The notes under the pieces were generated by a model. It had not been told where the DNA came from. It did no database searches and saw only the letters and a program-made list of their open reading frames with translations. This document shows positions 1 to 10,298 of a stretch of DNA of 64,000 bases, piece after piece. Both the position numbers and the translations under genes were made by a program. Origin of the DNA: an uncultured Thermodesulfatator sp. (GTDB lineage Bacteria > Desulfobacterota > Dissulfuribacteria > Dissulfuribacterales > QOAL01); the NCBI GenBank assembly GCA_964581255.1, contig CAZOMT010000015.1, forward strand, positions 91,186 to 155,185, given 5' to 3'. Each line of letters opens with the position of its first letter. The first letter of the stretch is position 1.

Positions 1-1312
1 AGAAAACGGGGATCTGGAGCAACATTGGAAGACAGCCACTCATGGGATTGACCTTGTAGGTCTTGTAGAGCTGCATGAGTTCCTTGTTCAACCGTTCCTT
101 GTCATCACCATATTTTTCTTTGAGTTTTTGCAGTTTTGGCTGGAGCTTCTGCATGGTTTTCATGGACTGGGCACTCTTGTGGGCAAGGGGCCAGAACGCT
201 ATCTTTATGAGCACGGTGAGCACGATTATTGCCCAGCCATAATTGTGTATATATTTGTAAAAGAAGTTCAAGACATAAAGGAGGGGCTTGGCTATAGGGT
301 CAAACCAACCAAAATTTATGGCCTTTTCCAGGTTGTGGCCGCTTTGCTTCAAGCGGTCTATCTCCTTGGGGCCAAAGTAGAGGTTCATCTTGCAAAACTT
401 GATTGCTTTGTCTGGTGAGGCAGATGAGCTGATTGCATGACTTAGGCTGCTCTGGGTGGTTCCCGCCTGGTCCAACCTGGTAATAACCGCCTTCCAAGGC
501 CCCTGGATGATCTCAGGGATGAGAGCGGTCATGAAGTAGTTGTCGCCAAATGCGATCCAGTCCAGATTTCCTGTAAACCTGTGGCTGTCGCCAGGCTCCT
601 TGAGCTTGATCTCCTGAAGTCCTTCCTTGGGCGAGAAGTATGAAGGGCCCGCAAATACATACGTGGAGGATTCCTTGTAGGGCTTGTTGTACAAAAAGAT
701 GGTGTATTCGTCTGCCGAGGCCCCCACTATTTTCATGGTGAGCTCCATTTTGTACAAATCCTTGTGGAAGGTGAATCGTTTTTCCAGCCTACTGCCTTCC
801 CCGAGATCTGTGGTAAAGGTCAAGGTCCCTTGGCTCTTTAATCCGGTGAGGTCGAGTTTCTGCTTGTCGGCCTGGAAATATCTGGATCTCAAGTCCAGGA
901 CCTTCCCGCTGGTTATCTGAATTCCCAGGGGAAGAAGGGGAGGGGAGACGTTTACAAGCTCCACACCCGGCGAGTCTTTATCGATGGTCTGGCGGTACTT
1001 TTTCAATACAAAGTGTTTGAAATTGCCTCCATTTTCTGTAAGGACTGCATGAAAAAATGGTGTCTCCACAACAATATCCTTGCCCTTGGCATCCTGGTTC
1101 TCAGGAAGTGATACAAGTTTGGCAAGGTCCTTTTCAGGGGCTTTTTTTTCAGGCGTAATCTCTTGGGTTGTACCTTTGTTGATGCTCTGGGTGGAGGTGG
1201 CGTTGGTTGCGTTGGTACCTGGCATGGGAGCCATCTCGTTTCCAAAAAAATATTGAAAGCCTGCCAGTACGGCGATAGAAAGTGCTACAGCTATCAGAGT
1301 TCTTATTTCCAT
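1..1312 (-). CDS. yidC: Membrane protein insertase YidC (3' end outside window)
   Basis: Not in the ORF track because it runs off the window. The minus-strand ATG is at 1312. My translation starts MEIRTLIAVALSIAVLAGFQYFF. Near the window edge it reads IHNYGWAIIVLTVLIKIAFWPLAHKSAQSMKTMQKLQPKLQKLKEKYGDDKERLNKELMQLYKTYKVNPMSGCLPMLLQIPVF, the conserved YidC/Oxa1 core. It follows rpmH-rnpA-yidD as in most bacteria. Confidence 0.92.
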   Translation of the reverse strand, partial: MEIRTLIAVALSIAVLAGFQYFFGNEMAPMPGTNATNATSTQSINKGTTQEITPEKKAPEKDLAKLVSLPENQDAKGKDIVVETPFFHAVLTENGGNFKHFVLKKYRQTIDKDSPGVELVNVSPPLLPLGIQITSGKVLDLRSRYFQADKQKLDLTGLKSQGTLTFTTDLGEGSRLEKRFTFHKDLYKMELTMKIVGASADEYTIFLYNKPYKESSTYVFAGPSYFSPKEGLQEIKLKEPGDSHRFTGNLDWIAFGDNYFMTALIPEIIQGPWKAVITRLDQAGTTQSSLSHAISSSASPDKAIKFCKMNLYFGPKEIDRLKQSGHNLEKAINFGWFDPIAKPLLYVLNFFYKYIHNYGWAIIVLTVLIKIAFWPLAHKSAQSMKTMQKLQPKLQKLKEKYGDDKERLNKELMQLYKTYKVNPMSGCLPMLLQIPVF

Positions 1313-1374
1313 GACATCTAATCCGTTTGTATTAAGACAGAGAATCCAGGCGGAAATCTTTCTGAATCATCTTT

Positions 1375-1635
1375 TCAGGGGAGGGGATCAAAGCCACCAG
1401 GATGCCAGGGATGACAGCGGGACAACCTCCTCAAAGACAATGCCAGACCCTTTACAAGGCCGTATCTTTGAAGGGCCTCCCGGCTGTATTGGGAGCAGGT
1501 GGGATAAAACCTGCAAGTGCTGGGAAATATTGGCGACAAAAGCACCTGATAAAGCCTTATAAGGCCTGTTAGCACATGTATGGTCAAATCGCTAAGGCTG
1601 AAGCCTTCTGGACTTTTTGCCGAGTTTCTGCTCAA
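1375..1635 (-). CDS. yidD: Membrane protein insertion efficiency factor YidD
   Basis: 86 aa containing LIRLYQVLLSPIFPSTCRFYPTCSQYSREALQRYG, the YidD signature. It sits between rnpA and yidC. The start may be later, because it overlaps the rnpA 3' end by 44 nt. Confidence 0.9.
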   Translation of the reverse strand: MSRNSAKSPEGFSLSDLTIHVLTGLIRLYQVLLSPIFPSTCRFYPTCSQYSREALQRYGLVKGLALSLRRLSRCHPWHPGGFDPLP

Positions 1636-1975
1636 TTTTCCTGCTCGCCGCCCTCATGTCTTGTGTTAGTGTTTCCCATCCCGCCTCCAACAGTGGTCTT
1701 CTTGGCAGGAACACAATATCTACACCCTTGGGGAGTATGTATTGGTTGAGTCTGAATAGTTCCCTGCACAGCCTCTTGGCTCGATTTCTTCTAACGGCAT
1801 TTCCGAATTTTTTGCCGACGCTGATACCTATCCTGGAATATGGAAGACGATTCTGCCGAAAGACCAGGACAAATTCAGGAAATCTTAACCGCTTGCCCCT
1901 TTTAAATATTTCCGAATATTCCCGCTGCTTATGAATTCTTTTGTTAGTTGAGAGAGTGTATCTCCTTTTTTCCAC
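1592..1975 (-). CDS. rnpA: Ribonuclease P protein component
   Basis: 127 aa, basic protein (KRLRFPEFVLVFRQNRLPYSRIGISVGKKFGNAVRRNRAKRLCRE), located immediately downstream of rpmH. Confidence 0.9.
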   Translation of the reverse strand: MEKRRYTLSTNKRIHKQREYSEIFKRGKRLRFPEFVLVFRQNRLPYSRIGISVGKKFGNAVRRNRAKRLCRELFRLNQYILPKGVDIVFLPRRPLLEAGWETLTQDMRAASRKIEQKLGKKSRRLQP

Positions 1976-1997
1976 CCTGTTTTTCCATGGACGATCC

Positions 1998-2132
1998 TCA
2001 GGCAGAAAGCCTTTTCCGCCCCTTTGCCCTGCGCCTGGAGATCACGCGCCGTCCTGCCTTGGTGCTCATTCTCTTTCTGAATCCATGGGTACGTTTTCTT
2101 TTTATGTTACTAGGCTGAAAGGTCCGTTTCAT
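1998..2132 (-). CDS. rpmH: 50S ribosomal protein L34
   Basis: Hand translation from the minus-strand ATG at 2132 gives [44 protein letters not shown] (44 aa, stop TGA). This is a near-consensus L34. It is too short for the ORF track. Confidence 0.95.
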   Translation of the reverse strand: MKRTFQPSNIKRKRTHGFRKRMSTKAGRRVISRRRAKGRKRLSA

Positions 2133-2684
2133 TATTAAAGAGCTCCTTTTGATATGTGAAATGTGAATTTTGGTATGAGCATATTTTCTGTCCGTTGAAG
2201 CCTAAAATGTTTACTCACCAGAATGACCGCTGTCAAGTTGGGAATGGCATCCAGCCTGGAAAAGGTCGAAACACTTTGCAATGGACACCTATTATCTTGG
2301 CTTGCTTTTTAAAAATTACTTTGGTAGGTTTTCGTCGCTCATTTCTTTTTGTCAGTGAGACAAGTTGTTCAGGGATGACAGGGTGCCAGGATCGATATAA
2401 TATCGGGCTGTTTTATGTTAATTGTTTGATTTGACAAAGAAAATATCGTAGGTTCAATGTTGGGTTTGGCGGTTAGCCGGTACTTTGTGGATCAGGGCAA
2501 ATGCCGCTATAATTCAAAAGACGAGTTTTTGGGCCACGGCTTGATCCACTTTTTTTATTTAAAACGCTTTGGCATGTATCTTGTTTTCACGTTCCTACGA
2601 TCTTTGTCTTTTTGTCTCTGTTCCATTTGGAAGGGTTTTTTTGAAAATATTTCTTCAGGGTCTATAATAAATACTTGATTATAA

Positions 2685-3731
<1,047 letters not shown>

Positions 3732-3746
3732 AGTCATCCATTTTAA

Positions 3747-4616
3747 GTGCCTCGGAAACAAGAAAAATCCATCGGAAAAAAGATCATAATATTTGTCTGC
3801 CTTCTTCTTTTCGTTTCAGTCATAGGGATAGTGACCATCAGATTCAAGGCCGGGAACATAGCTCTGCCTGCAGTGATGATGCTCAAGGATACTGGAGGCA
3901 GGCTTCAGCAGTTTCTCTTCGTTCCCTTCTCCCGGATAAAGATCCTTTGGGAATCCTACGCTGATCTCAGACAGACAAAGGAAGAAAACGAGATCCTGAG
4001 GGCAAGGCTTGCCCAGCTCCAGAGTGAGATAACAAGTTACAGAGAGGCCTTGATAGAAAATCGCAGGCTCCGGCAGCTTTTGGATGTCAAGAGGCGGCAA
4101 AGCGGAAAGACCCTTCTGGCCCATGTCGTGGGTTGCGATATTGCACCTTGGAGGGCTGTGGTGACCATTGACCGAGGAAAGAGAGACGGCATCATGCCTG
4201 ATATGCCAGTCCTGGCCCAGGGAGGGGTAATTGGAAGGGTCATAGAAACATCCATGTCCTACAGCAAGGTCATGCTCCTGACAGATTATCAGAGCAAGAT
4301 AGCAGCTCTGGTGCAAAGGAATCGGGCTAGGGGGCTTCTTGCAGGAAGAGGCCGTGCAGGATGCCGCCTTGAGTATGTGGAAAAGGGGGTTGACGTAGAG
4401 GCAGGAGACGTCATCATCACCTCTGGCATGGATGCCATGTTCCCAAAGGGGCTTCTTCTCGGGGAGGTTACATCCGTTAAGGCAAGCGACCAATCCAATC
4501 TGTTTCAGGAGATCAAGGTTAGGCCCTTTTCTGACGTAGCCAAGGCAGAGGAGGTGCTTGTCCTCCTGACACATAGTCGCCTTGGCCCCAACGAGGGGGA
4601 TTCTTCATACAAATGA
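3747..4616 (+). CDS. mreC: Rod shape-determining protein MreC
   Basis: 289 aa with an N-terminal membrane anchor, a coiled-coil (ENEILRARLAQLQSEITSYREAL) and a C-terminal beta domain. The call also rests on its position between mreB and mreD. Confidence 0.88.
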   Translation: MPRKQEKSIGKKIIIFVCLLLFVSVIGIVTIRFKAGNIALPAVMMLKDTGGRLQQFLFVPFSRIKILWESYADLRQTKEENEILRARLAQLQSEITSYREALIENRRLRQLLDVKRRQSGKTLLAHVVGCDIAPWRAVVTIDRGKRDGIMPDMPVLAQGGVIGRVIETSMSYSKVMLLTDYQSKIAALVQRNRARGLLAGRGRAGCRLEYVEKGVDVEAGDVIITSGMDAMFPKGLLLGEVTSVKASDQSNLFQEIKVRPFSDVAKAEEVLVLLTHSRLGPNEGDSSYK

Positions 4617-5113
4617 TAGAGACCCTGTGTCTGGTCATTCTTGGTTATCTTGCAGCAGCGTTTCAGTCGAGCGCAGGGGTCTTCTTCCAGGTGGGGTTCA
4701 TTCGCCTTGATGCCGTACCCGCCCTGATCTGCTGGTATAGCTTAAGGCAGAAAGTGCCCCAAGGCGTGGTTGCCATGGTAGTGTTTGGCCTTCTCATTTC
4801 GATATTTTCCACCATTCCATATTATCTTTTTCCCATATCCTATGTCCTTGGTTTTCTGACAGTAAGGTATATAATTTCAAATGTCTTGGAGCTTTCTAAG
4901 TGGCAGATCTATCTATTGGTAGGTTTTTTGAGTATGGAGATAATAGTGGCACAGTTGGCAGGAAGTGGCAGTGCCGAGCTTGTTTGGCCCTGGGGCCTGA
5001 TCCAGTCTGCCCTTAATGTGGTTACTGCGCCTGTCTTCTTTTTTATCTTCAACAGGGTGGAGGCACTCTTAAAGAGATTGAGACGGGACAAAGGGGATAT
5101 CACAGGTGGATAA
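4613..5113 (+). CDS. mreD: Rod shape-determining protein MreD
   Basis: 166 aa polytopic membrane protein with an ATGA overlap with mreC. The call rests mainly on its position in mreBCD-mrdA-rodA. Confidence 0.8.
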   Translation: MIETLCLVILGYLAAAFQSSAGVFFQVGFIRLDAVPALICWYSLRQKVPQGVVAMVVFGLLISIFSTIPYYLFPISYVLGFLTVRYIISNVLELSKWQIYLLVGFLSMEIIVAQLAGSGSAELVWPWGLIQSALNVVTAPVFFFIFNRVEALLKRLRRDKGDITGG

Positions 5114-6989
5114 GATAAACAAGAAACCAGCAGATACTAAAATAAGGCTCAAAAAGTTCGATCAGCAGGATGATCATTCCAGGTCCCAGTTGGGGGTGTA
5201 TGCGTCCTGGTTTCTGTTTTGCTGTTTCTGTCTTATAAGTGCAAGGCTTTGGTATCTTCAGGTGATGAAAGGGCCTTATTTCAGGGCTCAATCTGAAAGT
5301 AACAGCATAAAGTCCATCAGGCTTCAACCCTATAGGGGAAACATACTGGATCGTTCAGGCAGGCTGCTTGCTGGAGTGGAGCCTAGTTTCAATATAGGTG
5401 TTGTCATGAAGGACGCAGGCAACATAGAAACGCTGCTATCCAAGCTTGAGCCCTTGATTGATGAATCCCCAATGACAGTAAGGATGAAGCTTGTGGCCGC
5501 AAAGGGCCAGCCAGCCTATCTGCCTGTTATCGTAAAACGAAACGCCGATTGGCAAACCGTGGCAAAGATTGAGGCAAGGCTGTACGAATTGCCTGGAGTA
5601 GTGGTGGAGGTGGCGCCATCCAGGCAATATCCCTATGGAAATATTGCGCCCCATCTCCTTGGTTATCTTGCGGAGGTGAGCCTCGACCAGCTAAAAAGCG
5701 GTAAATTTCCCCATGCAGTGCCAGGGGACCTTGTGGGAAAATACGGTGTAGAGGCGAGGTTTGAGACCAGGCTTGCTGGAAAGAGCGGTTACAAGCGGGT
5801 GGAAGTGGACGCAAGGGGGAGAATGGTCCGGGTGGTGGATGTTAAAAGACCCCAGACAGGGAAAGATCTCAGCCTCACCATAGATCTTGATCTCCAGCTT
5901 GCCGCAGAGGAGGCCTTGTCTGGAAGGCCAGGTGCCGTTGTGGCCATGGATCCGCGAAATGGCCAGGTATTGGTCATGGCAAGCAGCCCCAAGTTCGACC
6001 CAAGCATATTTGCAAACGGCCTTAGCAGTGAGGAGTGGAAGGCCCTGAACGACCCACTGCTCACACCTCTTGTGAACAAGGCCATTCAGGGGCAATATGC
6101 GCCTGGCTCCACATTCAAGACAGTGATGGCTGCTGCCGGACTGACGGAGCATGTTATAAACCAGTATACCACCTTTTTTTGTAATGGCGCCATGAAGCTC
6201 GGCAGAAGACGATTTAGGTGCTGGAAAAGGGGTGGGCATGGCCAGACAGACCTTTACAAGGCACTGGTGCAGTCTTGTGACGTCTATTTTTATAATGTGG
6301 GCCTGAAATTGGGAGTGGACCGGATCTCCAAATACGCATTCAGTTTCGGTCTCGGGAAAAAGACAGGCATAGATCTACCTGGAGAAAAGCCAGGCCGGGT
6401 TCCCACGAGAAAGTGGAAATACAGACGTTTCAGGGAGCCCTGGCAAAAGGGGGAAACACTCAACTACTCCATAGGCCAGGGATTTTTGCTTGTCACCCCT
6501 CTGCAGCTATCCAGGATGATCGCTGCAGTGGCAAACGGAGGGATCCTCTACAGGCCAGAATATATCCTTGGGCAGCCAGCAGACAAACAGGGCAAGGTGC
6601 CTGTGAAGCGCTCCGCCTTTTCATTCATCAAACACGCACTTGAAGGTGTTGTGGCAGATAAGCATGGCACTGCGCGCACATGCAGGATACCGGGGCTAAG
6701 GGTTGCCGGTAAGACAGGTACGGCTCAGGTGGTGAGACAAGTGAAGCGGAAACAGGACGAGAAGATGGCCTGGAAGTTCAAGGATCACGCCCTGTTTATA
6801 GCCTTTGCCCCTGTTGAAGACCCCCAGATAGCAGTCGCTGTCATAATAGAACACGGAGGACATGGTGGCTCAGCCGCAGCGCCAGTGGCAAGGGCGGTGA
6901 TAGAAAGGTGGCTTCAGCTTAGAAGCCCCAAGCCATCCACATTCCTGGAACGCACCGCTTCTGTCAGCAGGGTAAAACCCAGTGTTTGA
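5106..6989 (+). CDS. mrdA: Penicillin-binding protein 2 (elongasome transpeptidase)
   Basis: 627 aa with an N-terminal anchor and the motifs STFK (PGSTFKTV) and KTGT (AGKTGTAQ). It is adjacent to rodA. Confidence 0.93.
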   Translation: MDKINKKPADTKIRLKKFDQQDDHSRSQLGVYASWFLFCCFCLISARLWYLQVMKGPYFRAQSESNSIKSIRLQPYRGNILDRSGRLLAGVEPSFNIGVVMKDAGNIETLLSKLEPLIDESPMTVRMKLVAAKGQPAYLPVIVKRNADWQTVAKIEARLYELPGVVVEVAPSRQYPYGNIAPHLLGYLAEVSLDQLKSGKFPHAVPGDLVGKYGVEARFETRLAGKSGYKRVEVDARGRMVRVVDVKRPQTGKDLSLTIDLDLQLAAEEALSGRPGAVVAMDPRNGQVLVMASSPKFDPSIFANGLSSEEWKALNDPLLTPLVNKAIQGQYAPGSTFKTVMAAAGLTEHVINQYTTFFCNGAMKLGRRRFRCWKRGGHGQTDLYKALVQSCDVYFYNVGLKLGVDRISKYAFSFGLGKKTGIDLPGEKPGRVPTRKWKYRRFREPWQKGETLNYSIGQGFLLVTPLQLSRMIAAVANGGILYRPEYILGQPADKQGKVPVKRSAFSFIKHALEGVVADKHGTARTCRIPGLRVAGKTGTAQVVRQVKRKQDEKMAWKFKDHALFIAFAPVEDPQIAVAVIIEHGGHGGSAAAPVARAVIERWLQLRSPKPSTFLERTASVSRVKPSV

Positions 6990-8130
6990 CAAGAGATTGT
7001 TGGAAGATATCGACTGGTGGCTCCTTTTGAGTCTTTTACTCATAATGCTCCTGGGCTTTGTGAACCTCTGCAGTGCCAGTGCGGCGGCAGGTTACCCATT
7101 TCAGTGGAAGCAGTGCCAGTGGTATGTGGCAGGTTCTGTTCTGATGTTTGCGGCAATGGCCTTTGATTACCGGAAGCTTTCAGCCTATTGGATGCACATC
7201 TACGTCCTGACTGTGCTCATGCTCCTTTTGGTAATGTTCGTAGGTAAGAGCGTTTCAGGCTCTCAAAGATGGATTTCCCTGGGTTTCATAAACCTGCAGC
7301 CATCGGAATTTGCAAAACTTTTAATGGTCATTGTCATAAGCAGTTTTTTTGCACAGGAGGACAAGGATCAATATGGCCTTCTGGATTTGTGGAAACCCCT
7401 TCTTCTGGTGCTTCTCCCTGTTCTTCTCATAGTGAAACAGCCGGATCTTGGCACAGGCCTTCTAGTGCTTGGCATTTTTGCATCCCTGGTCTATTACGCC
7501 AGGCTCAAGTGGTCGTCCTTCATTATCATTCTTGGTATGGGGCTTGCCGCATTTCCGCTCTTGTGGAAGTTTATGAAACCCTATCAGAGGAGGAGAGTGG
7601 AGATCTTTCTAAATCCAGAATCAGATCCCTTCGGTGCAGGTTGGCACGTGCTTCAGTCCAAGATCGCAGTGGGCTCTGGGCAGCTGATTGGGAAAGGCTT
7701 CATGAAGGGCACGCAGGCCCAGCTAAACTTTTTGCCAGAGGTCCATACAGATTTTGCCTTTTCCATCTGGTCAGAGGAATGGGGCTTCATAGGGGCCATC
7801 ATACTCATAGGTATCTACTTCTTTTTTTTAAGCCGCTGTCTTTCTGTCGCCCAAAATGCCAGGGATCGTTTCGGTTCCTTTCTCGCCTTTGGCATTACGG
7901 CCATGATATTCTGGCAACTGCTAATAAATGTCTGTATGGTGCTGGGCCTTATGCCAGTGGTTGGCATACCCCTTCCCCTGGTGAGCTATGGAGGCTCCTC
8001 GGTCTTGACAACACTTGTTGGTGTGGGTCTAATTATGAACGTCCGGCTGAGGCGCTCTCTTTTTCAGAGGAAAAAGGCAGGGGAGCCAAGGCTCGGTTAC
8101 AAAAATGTCGGAAGCCGTATTTCTGGTTGA
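6982..8130 (+). CDS. rodA: Rod shape-determining protein RodA (SEDS glycosyltransferase)
   Basis: 382 aa FtsW/RodA/SpoVE-type membrane protein (QPSEFAKLLMVIV, QPDLGTGLLVL, LPEVHTDFAFS, PLPLVSYGGSS). Confidence 0.94.
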   Translation: MFDKRLLEDIDWWLLLSLLLIMLLGFVNLCSASAAAGYPFQWKQCQWYVAGSVLMFAAMAFDYRKLSAYWMHIYVLTVLMLLLVMFVGKSVSGSQRWISLGFINLQPSEFAKLLMVIVISSFFAQEDKDQYGLLDLWKPLLLVLLPVLLIVKQPDLGTGLLVLGIFASLVYYARLKWSSFIIILGMGLAAFPLLWKFMKPYQRRRVEIFLNPESDPFGAGWHVLQSKIAVGSGQLIGKGFMKGTQAQLNFLPEVHTDFAFSIWSEEWGFIGAIILIGIYFFFLSRCLSVAQNARDRFGSFLAFGITAMIFWQLLINVCMVLGLMPVVGIPLPLVSYGGSSVLTTLVGVGLIMNVRLRRSLFQRKKAGEPRLGYKNVGSRISG

Positions 8131-8208
8131 TTTGAGAAAGGATTCTTCTTGAACAGCCATTATGGCTGCAGGTCTAGATAGCATTGGTAAAGGCCATCAA
8201 CATATAGT

Positions 8209-8284
8209 GGGGGTGTAGCTCAGCTGGGAGAGCGCCACGTTCGCAACGTGGAGGTCGCCGGTTCGATCCCGGCCATCTCCACCA
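8209..8284 (+). tRNA. tRNA-Ala (anticodon CGC)
   Basis: GGGGGTGTAGCTCAGCTGGGAGAGCGCCACGTTCGCAACGTGGAGGTCGCCGGTTCGATCCCGGCCATCTCCACCA folds as a cloverleaf. It has the G3:U70 Ala identity pair, anticodon loop TTCGCAA and an encoded CCA. Confidence 0.95.
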
Positions 8285-8288
8285 ATCC

Positions 8289-9152
8289 TTGACCAGAATC
8301 TATATATGGGCTTTGTATTCCTGCCTAAAAAATCTTTTGAAATCATCAGCCTTGAATAATCCGATACAAAAATACCAGGCATGGTTTGGTTCCTATGTTA
8401 GGCCATTTCTTAAGCGCAAGGGTGAACAAGATTGCGCCATTGGTCTTAAGATCGTCCACAGTCAGCGAGTTAGGCGGGAGATCGTCTCCCTTGGCAAGGA
8501 TTTGGGCCTTAAACAGCAGGATCTTCTAATGGCTGAGGTCATTGGGCTTTTTCATGATATCGGTAGGTTTGAGCAGTTCGAAAGGTTCAGGACCTTTGTG
8601 GATGCAGCATCGATTGATCACGCACTGCTAAGCAGAAAGGTCCTTGAAAGGGAAGGGGTGCTGTCCGATTTTTCGCCTGAGGAAAAGTCCATTATCCTTG
8701 ATGCGATATTTCATCACAACAAACTTGCAATTCCGTCTGCGTTTACAGGGGCAAGGAGGCTCATGGCAGAACTCATTAGGGATGCAGACAAGTTGGACAT
8801 CCTGCGTGTCTTTGATGACCTGTATAGAAAGGGTGGCGCGGACGCCACGGTAAATCTTGACCTTCCATGTTCTGATGAGGTGTCCAATGAGGTGTTGAAG
8901 GCCTTTTTACATGAAGAGGTTGTAGATTTTAGAGATGTAAAAACCACTATAGATTTTCTTGTCATGAGGCTAAGCTGGCTCTATGATATCAATTTTCCCC
9001 AGACTTTGAAGGTGGTTTTGAGGCGAGGCTATCTCAAGACCATGGATGAACAACTTGGGCAAACGGGCTGGAAGGCAGTGATTCTTGAAAAGCTTGAACA
9101 CTATTGCAGCCGTAGGATAGGGAAGCAAAATGGAAAAGATCTAAAGACATGA
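8289..9152 (+). CDS. HD-domain phosphohydrolase
   Basis: 287 aa containing GLFHDIGRFEQF (HD motif) and a later DADKLD. The true start is uncertain, because the first ATG lies 5 nt after the tRNA. Confidence 0.7.
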   Translation: MTRIYIWALYSCLKNLLKSSALNNPIQKYQAWFGSYVRPFLKRKGEQDCAIGLKIVHSQRVRREIVSLGKDLGLKQQDLLMAEVIGLFHDIGRFEQFERFRTFVDAASIDHALLSRKVLEREGVLSDFSPEEKSIILDAIFHHNKLAIPSAFTGARRLMAELIRDADKLDILRVFDDLYRKGGADATVNLDLPCSDEVSNEVLKAFLHEEVVDFRDVKTTIDFLVMRLSWLYDINFPQTLKVVLRRGYLKTMDEQLGQTGWKAVILEKLEHYCSRRIGKQNGKDLKT

Positions 9153-9415
9153 ATAAAAAAAAGAAGGCCTTTTACAACATCTTGTTTCTGGTCGTTTCAG
9201 CTGGAATCTTAATATTTCTCCTCATGGCTCCTCCAGAAACCACAGTTAAGGTACCCATGGACGAAAATCACAAGGCGTTTTTCCACATGTCCAAAAAGGA
9301 TGCGGAAAAACACTGTGGCAAGTGCCACGGCAAGGAAGCTGGCAATCCCCTGCCTGCCAAACATCCTCCAAAGTTTCGCTGCCTCTTCTGCCATAAACTG
9401 TCCAAGGCGTCCTGA
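9149..9415 (+). CDS. Small membrane-anchored dihaem c-type cytochrome
   Basis: 88 aa with an N-terminal anchor (FYNILFLVVSAGILIFLLMAP) and two CxxCH motifs (CGKCH, CLFCH). Its start forms an ATGA overlap with the HD gene. Confidence 0.7.
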   Translation: MNKKKKAFYNILFLVVSAGILIFLLMAPPETTVKVPMDENHKAFFHMSKKDAEKHCGKCHGKEAGNPLPAKHPPKFRCLFCHKLSKAS

Positions 9416-9432
9416 TTGGAAGTCCATCCGTA

Positions 9433-10275
9433 ATGGAACTCTGGTTCACAGAAAAACACACGCCTGGATCCGGCATAACCCTTAGGTGTAAACGCACCAT
9501 TTTCACTGCCACCTCAGACATCCAGCGCATAGACGTCCTTGAGACAGAAGAGTTTGGCAGGATGCTGCTCTTGGACGGTCTTGTCATGACAACCGAGAGG
9601 GACGAATTCATCTATCACGAGATGTTGGTGCATCCGTCCATGAATTTGGGCATGGAGCCGCCCCTTAAGGCCCTAGTCATTGGTGGAGGAGACGGGGGCA
9701 CAGTGCGTGAGTTGGTAAAGTATCCTTGTCTGAGAAAGGTCATTCTATGTGAAATAGACCCTTTGGTAGTAGAGGTGAGCCAAAGATACCTGCCTGGCCT
9801 CTCTTCGGCATTGTCCAATGATCCAAGGGTGGAACTGGTTTTTGAAGACGGGCAGTTGTATGCCGGCAAGAACAAGGAAGAATTTGACAGGATCTTTGTG
9901 GATTCCTCTGATCCAGTGGGTGCTGCAGAGGTGCTATTCACGCCAGAGTTCTACAAAATGTGTTTTGCAGCGCTAAGACCTCGGGGAATACTCGTAGTTC
10001 AAAGCGAATCCCCAATCTACCATATGACCGTTATAAAGAATATCAAGAAGGGGCTGGGGGTGGCTGGATTCAAGTGGATACGCTTCTACACAGCGCCTGT
10101 TCCCACATATCCTGGAGGTTACTGGTCGTGGGCAATGGCTGTTAAGGGTGATAGTCCAGTGCTCGCCACCCATTTTCTTCCGGAAGAAGAAGCTGAGAGG
10201 CTCAAATTCTTCACCATGGAGATGCTTTCATCTTGTTTCGTGCTTCCAGCCTTTATGAAAAGAGAAATTGGCTGA
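9433..10275 (+). CDS. speE: Spermidine synthase (polyamine aminopropyltransferase)
   Basis: 280 aa. MELWFTEKHTP...LLLDGLVMTTERDEFIYHEMLVHP...VIGGGDGGTVRE...DSSDPVGAAEVLF are typical SpeE motifs. Confidence 0.93.
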   Translation: MELWFTEKHTPGSGITLRCKRTIFTATSDIQRIDVLETEEFGRMLLLDGLVMTTERDEFIYHEMLVHPSMNLGMEPPLKALVIGGGDGGTVRELVKYPCLRKVILCEIDPLVVEVSQRYLPGLSSALSNDPRVELVFEDGQLYAGKNKEEFDRIFVDSSDPVGAAEVLFTPEFYKMCFAALRPRGILVVQSESPIYHMTVIKNIKKGLGVAGFKWIRFYTAPVPTYPGGYWSWAMAVKGDSPVLATHFLPEEEAERLKFFTMEMLSSCFVLPAFMKREIG

Positions 10276-10298
10276 TCAAAGTAGCGAAGGGATATGGT

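Noticed and set aside
3816-4574. Long antisense ORFs opposite real genes: 3816..4574(-) against mreC, 10233..10763(+) against the GGDEF gene, 11480..12037(+) against the cytochrome, 34862..35503(+) against glk, and 43461..44180(-) against xseA.
   Set aside because: Each lies fully inside a confidently identified gene on the other strand. Their composition is skewed and low in complexity (Ser/Pro/Arg/Leu-rich), and none has a recognisable motif or RBS. They are typical shadow ORFs.
7269-8135. 288-codon same-strand alternative-frame ORF inside rodA.
   Set aside because: The 6982 frame gives an unmistakable RodA/FtsW protein over its whole length. The alternative frame is Arg/Ser/Cys/His/Pro-rich with no motif. 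It is most simply a chance open frame.
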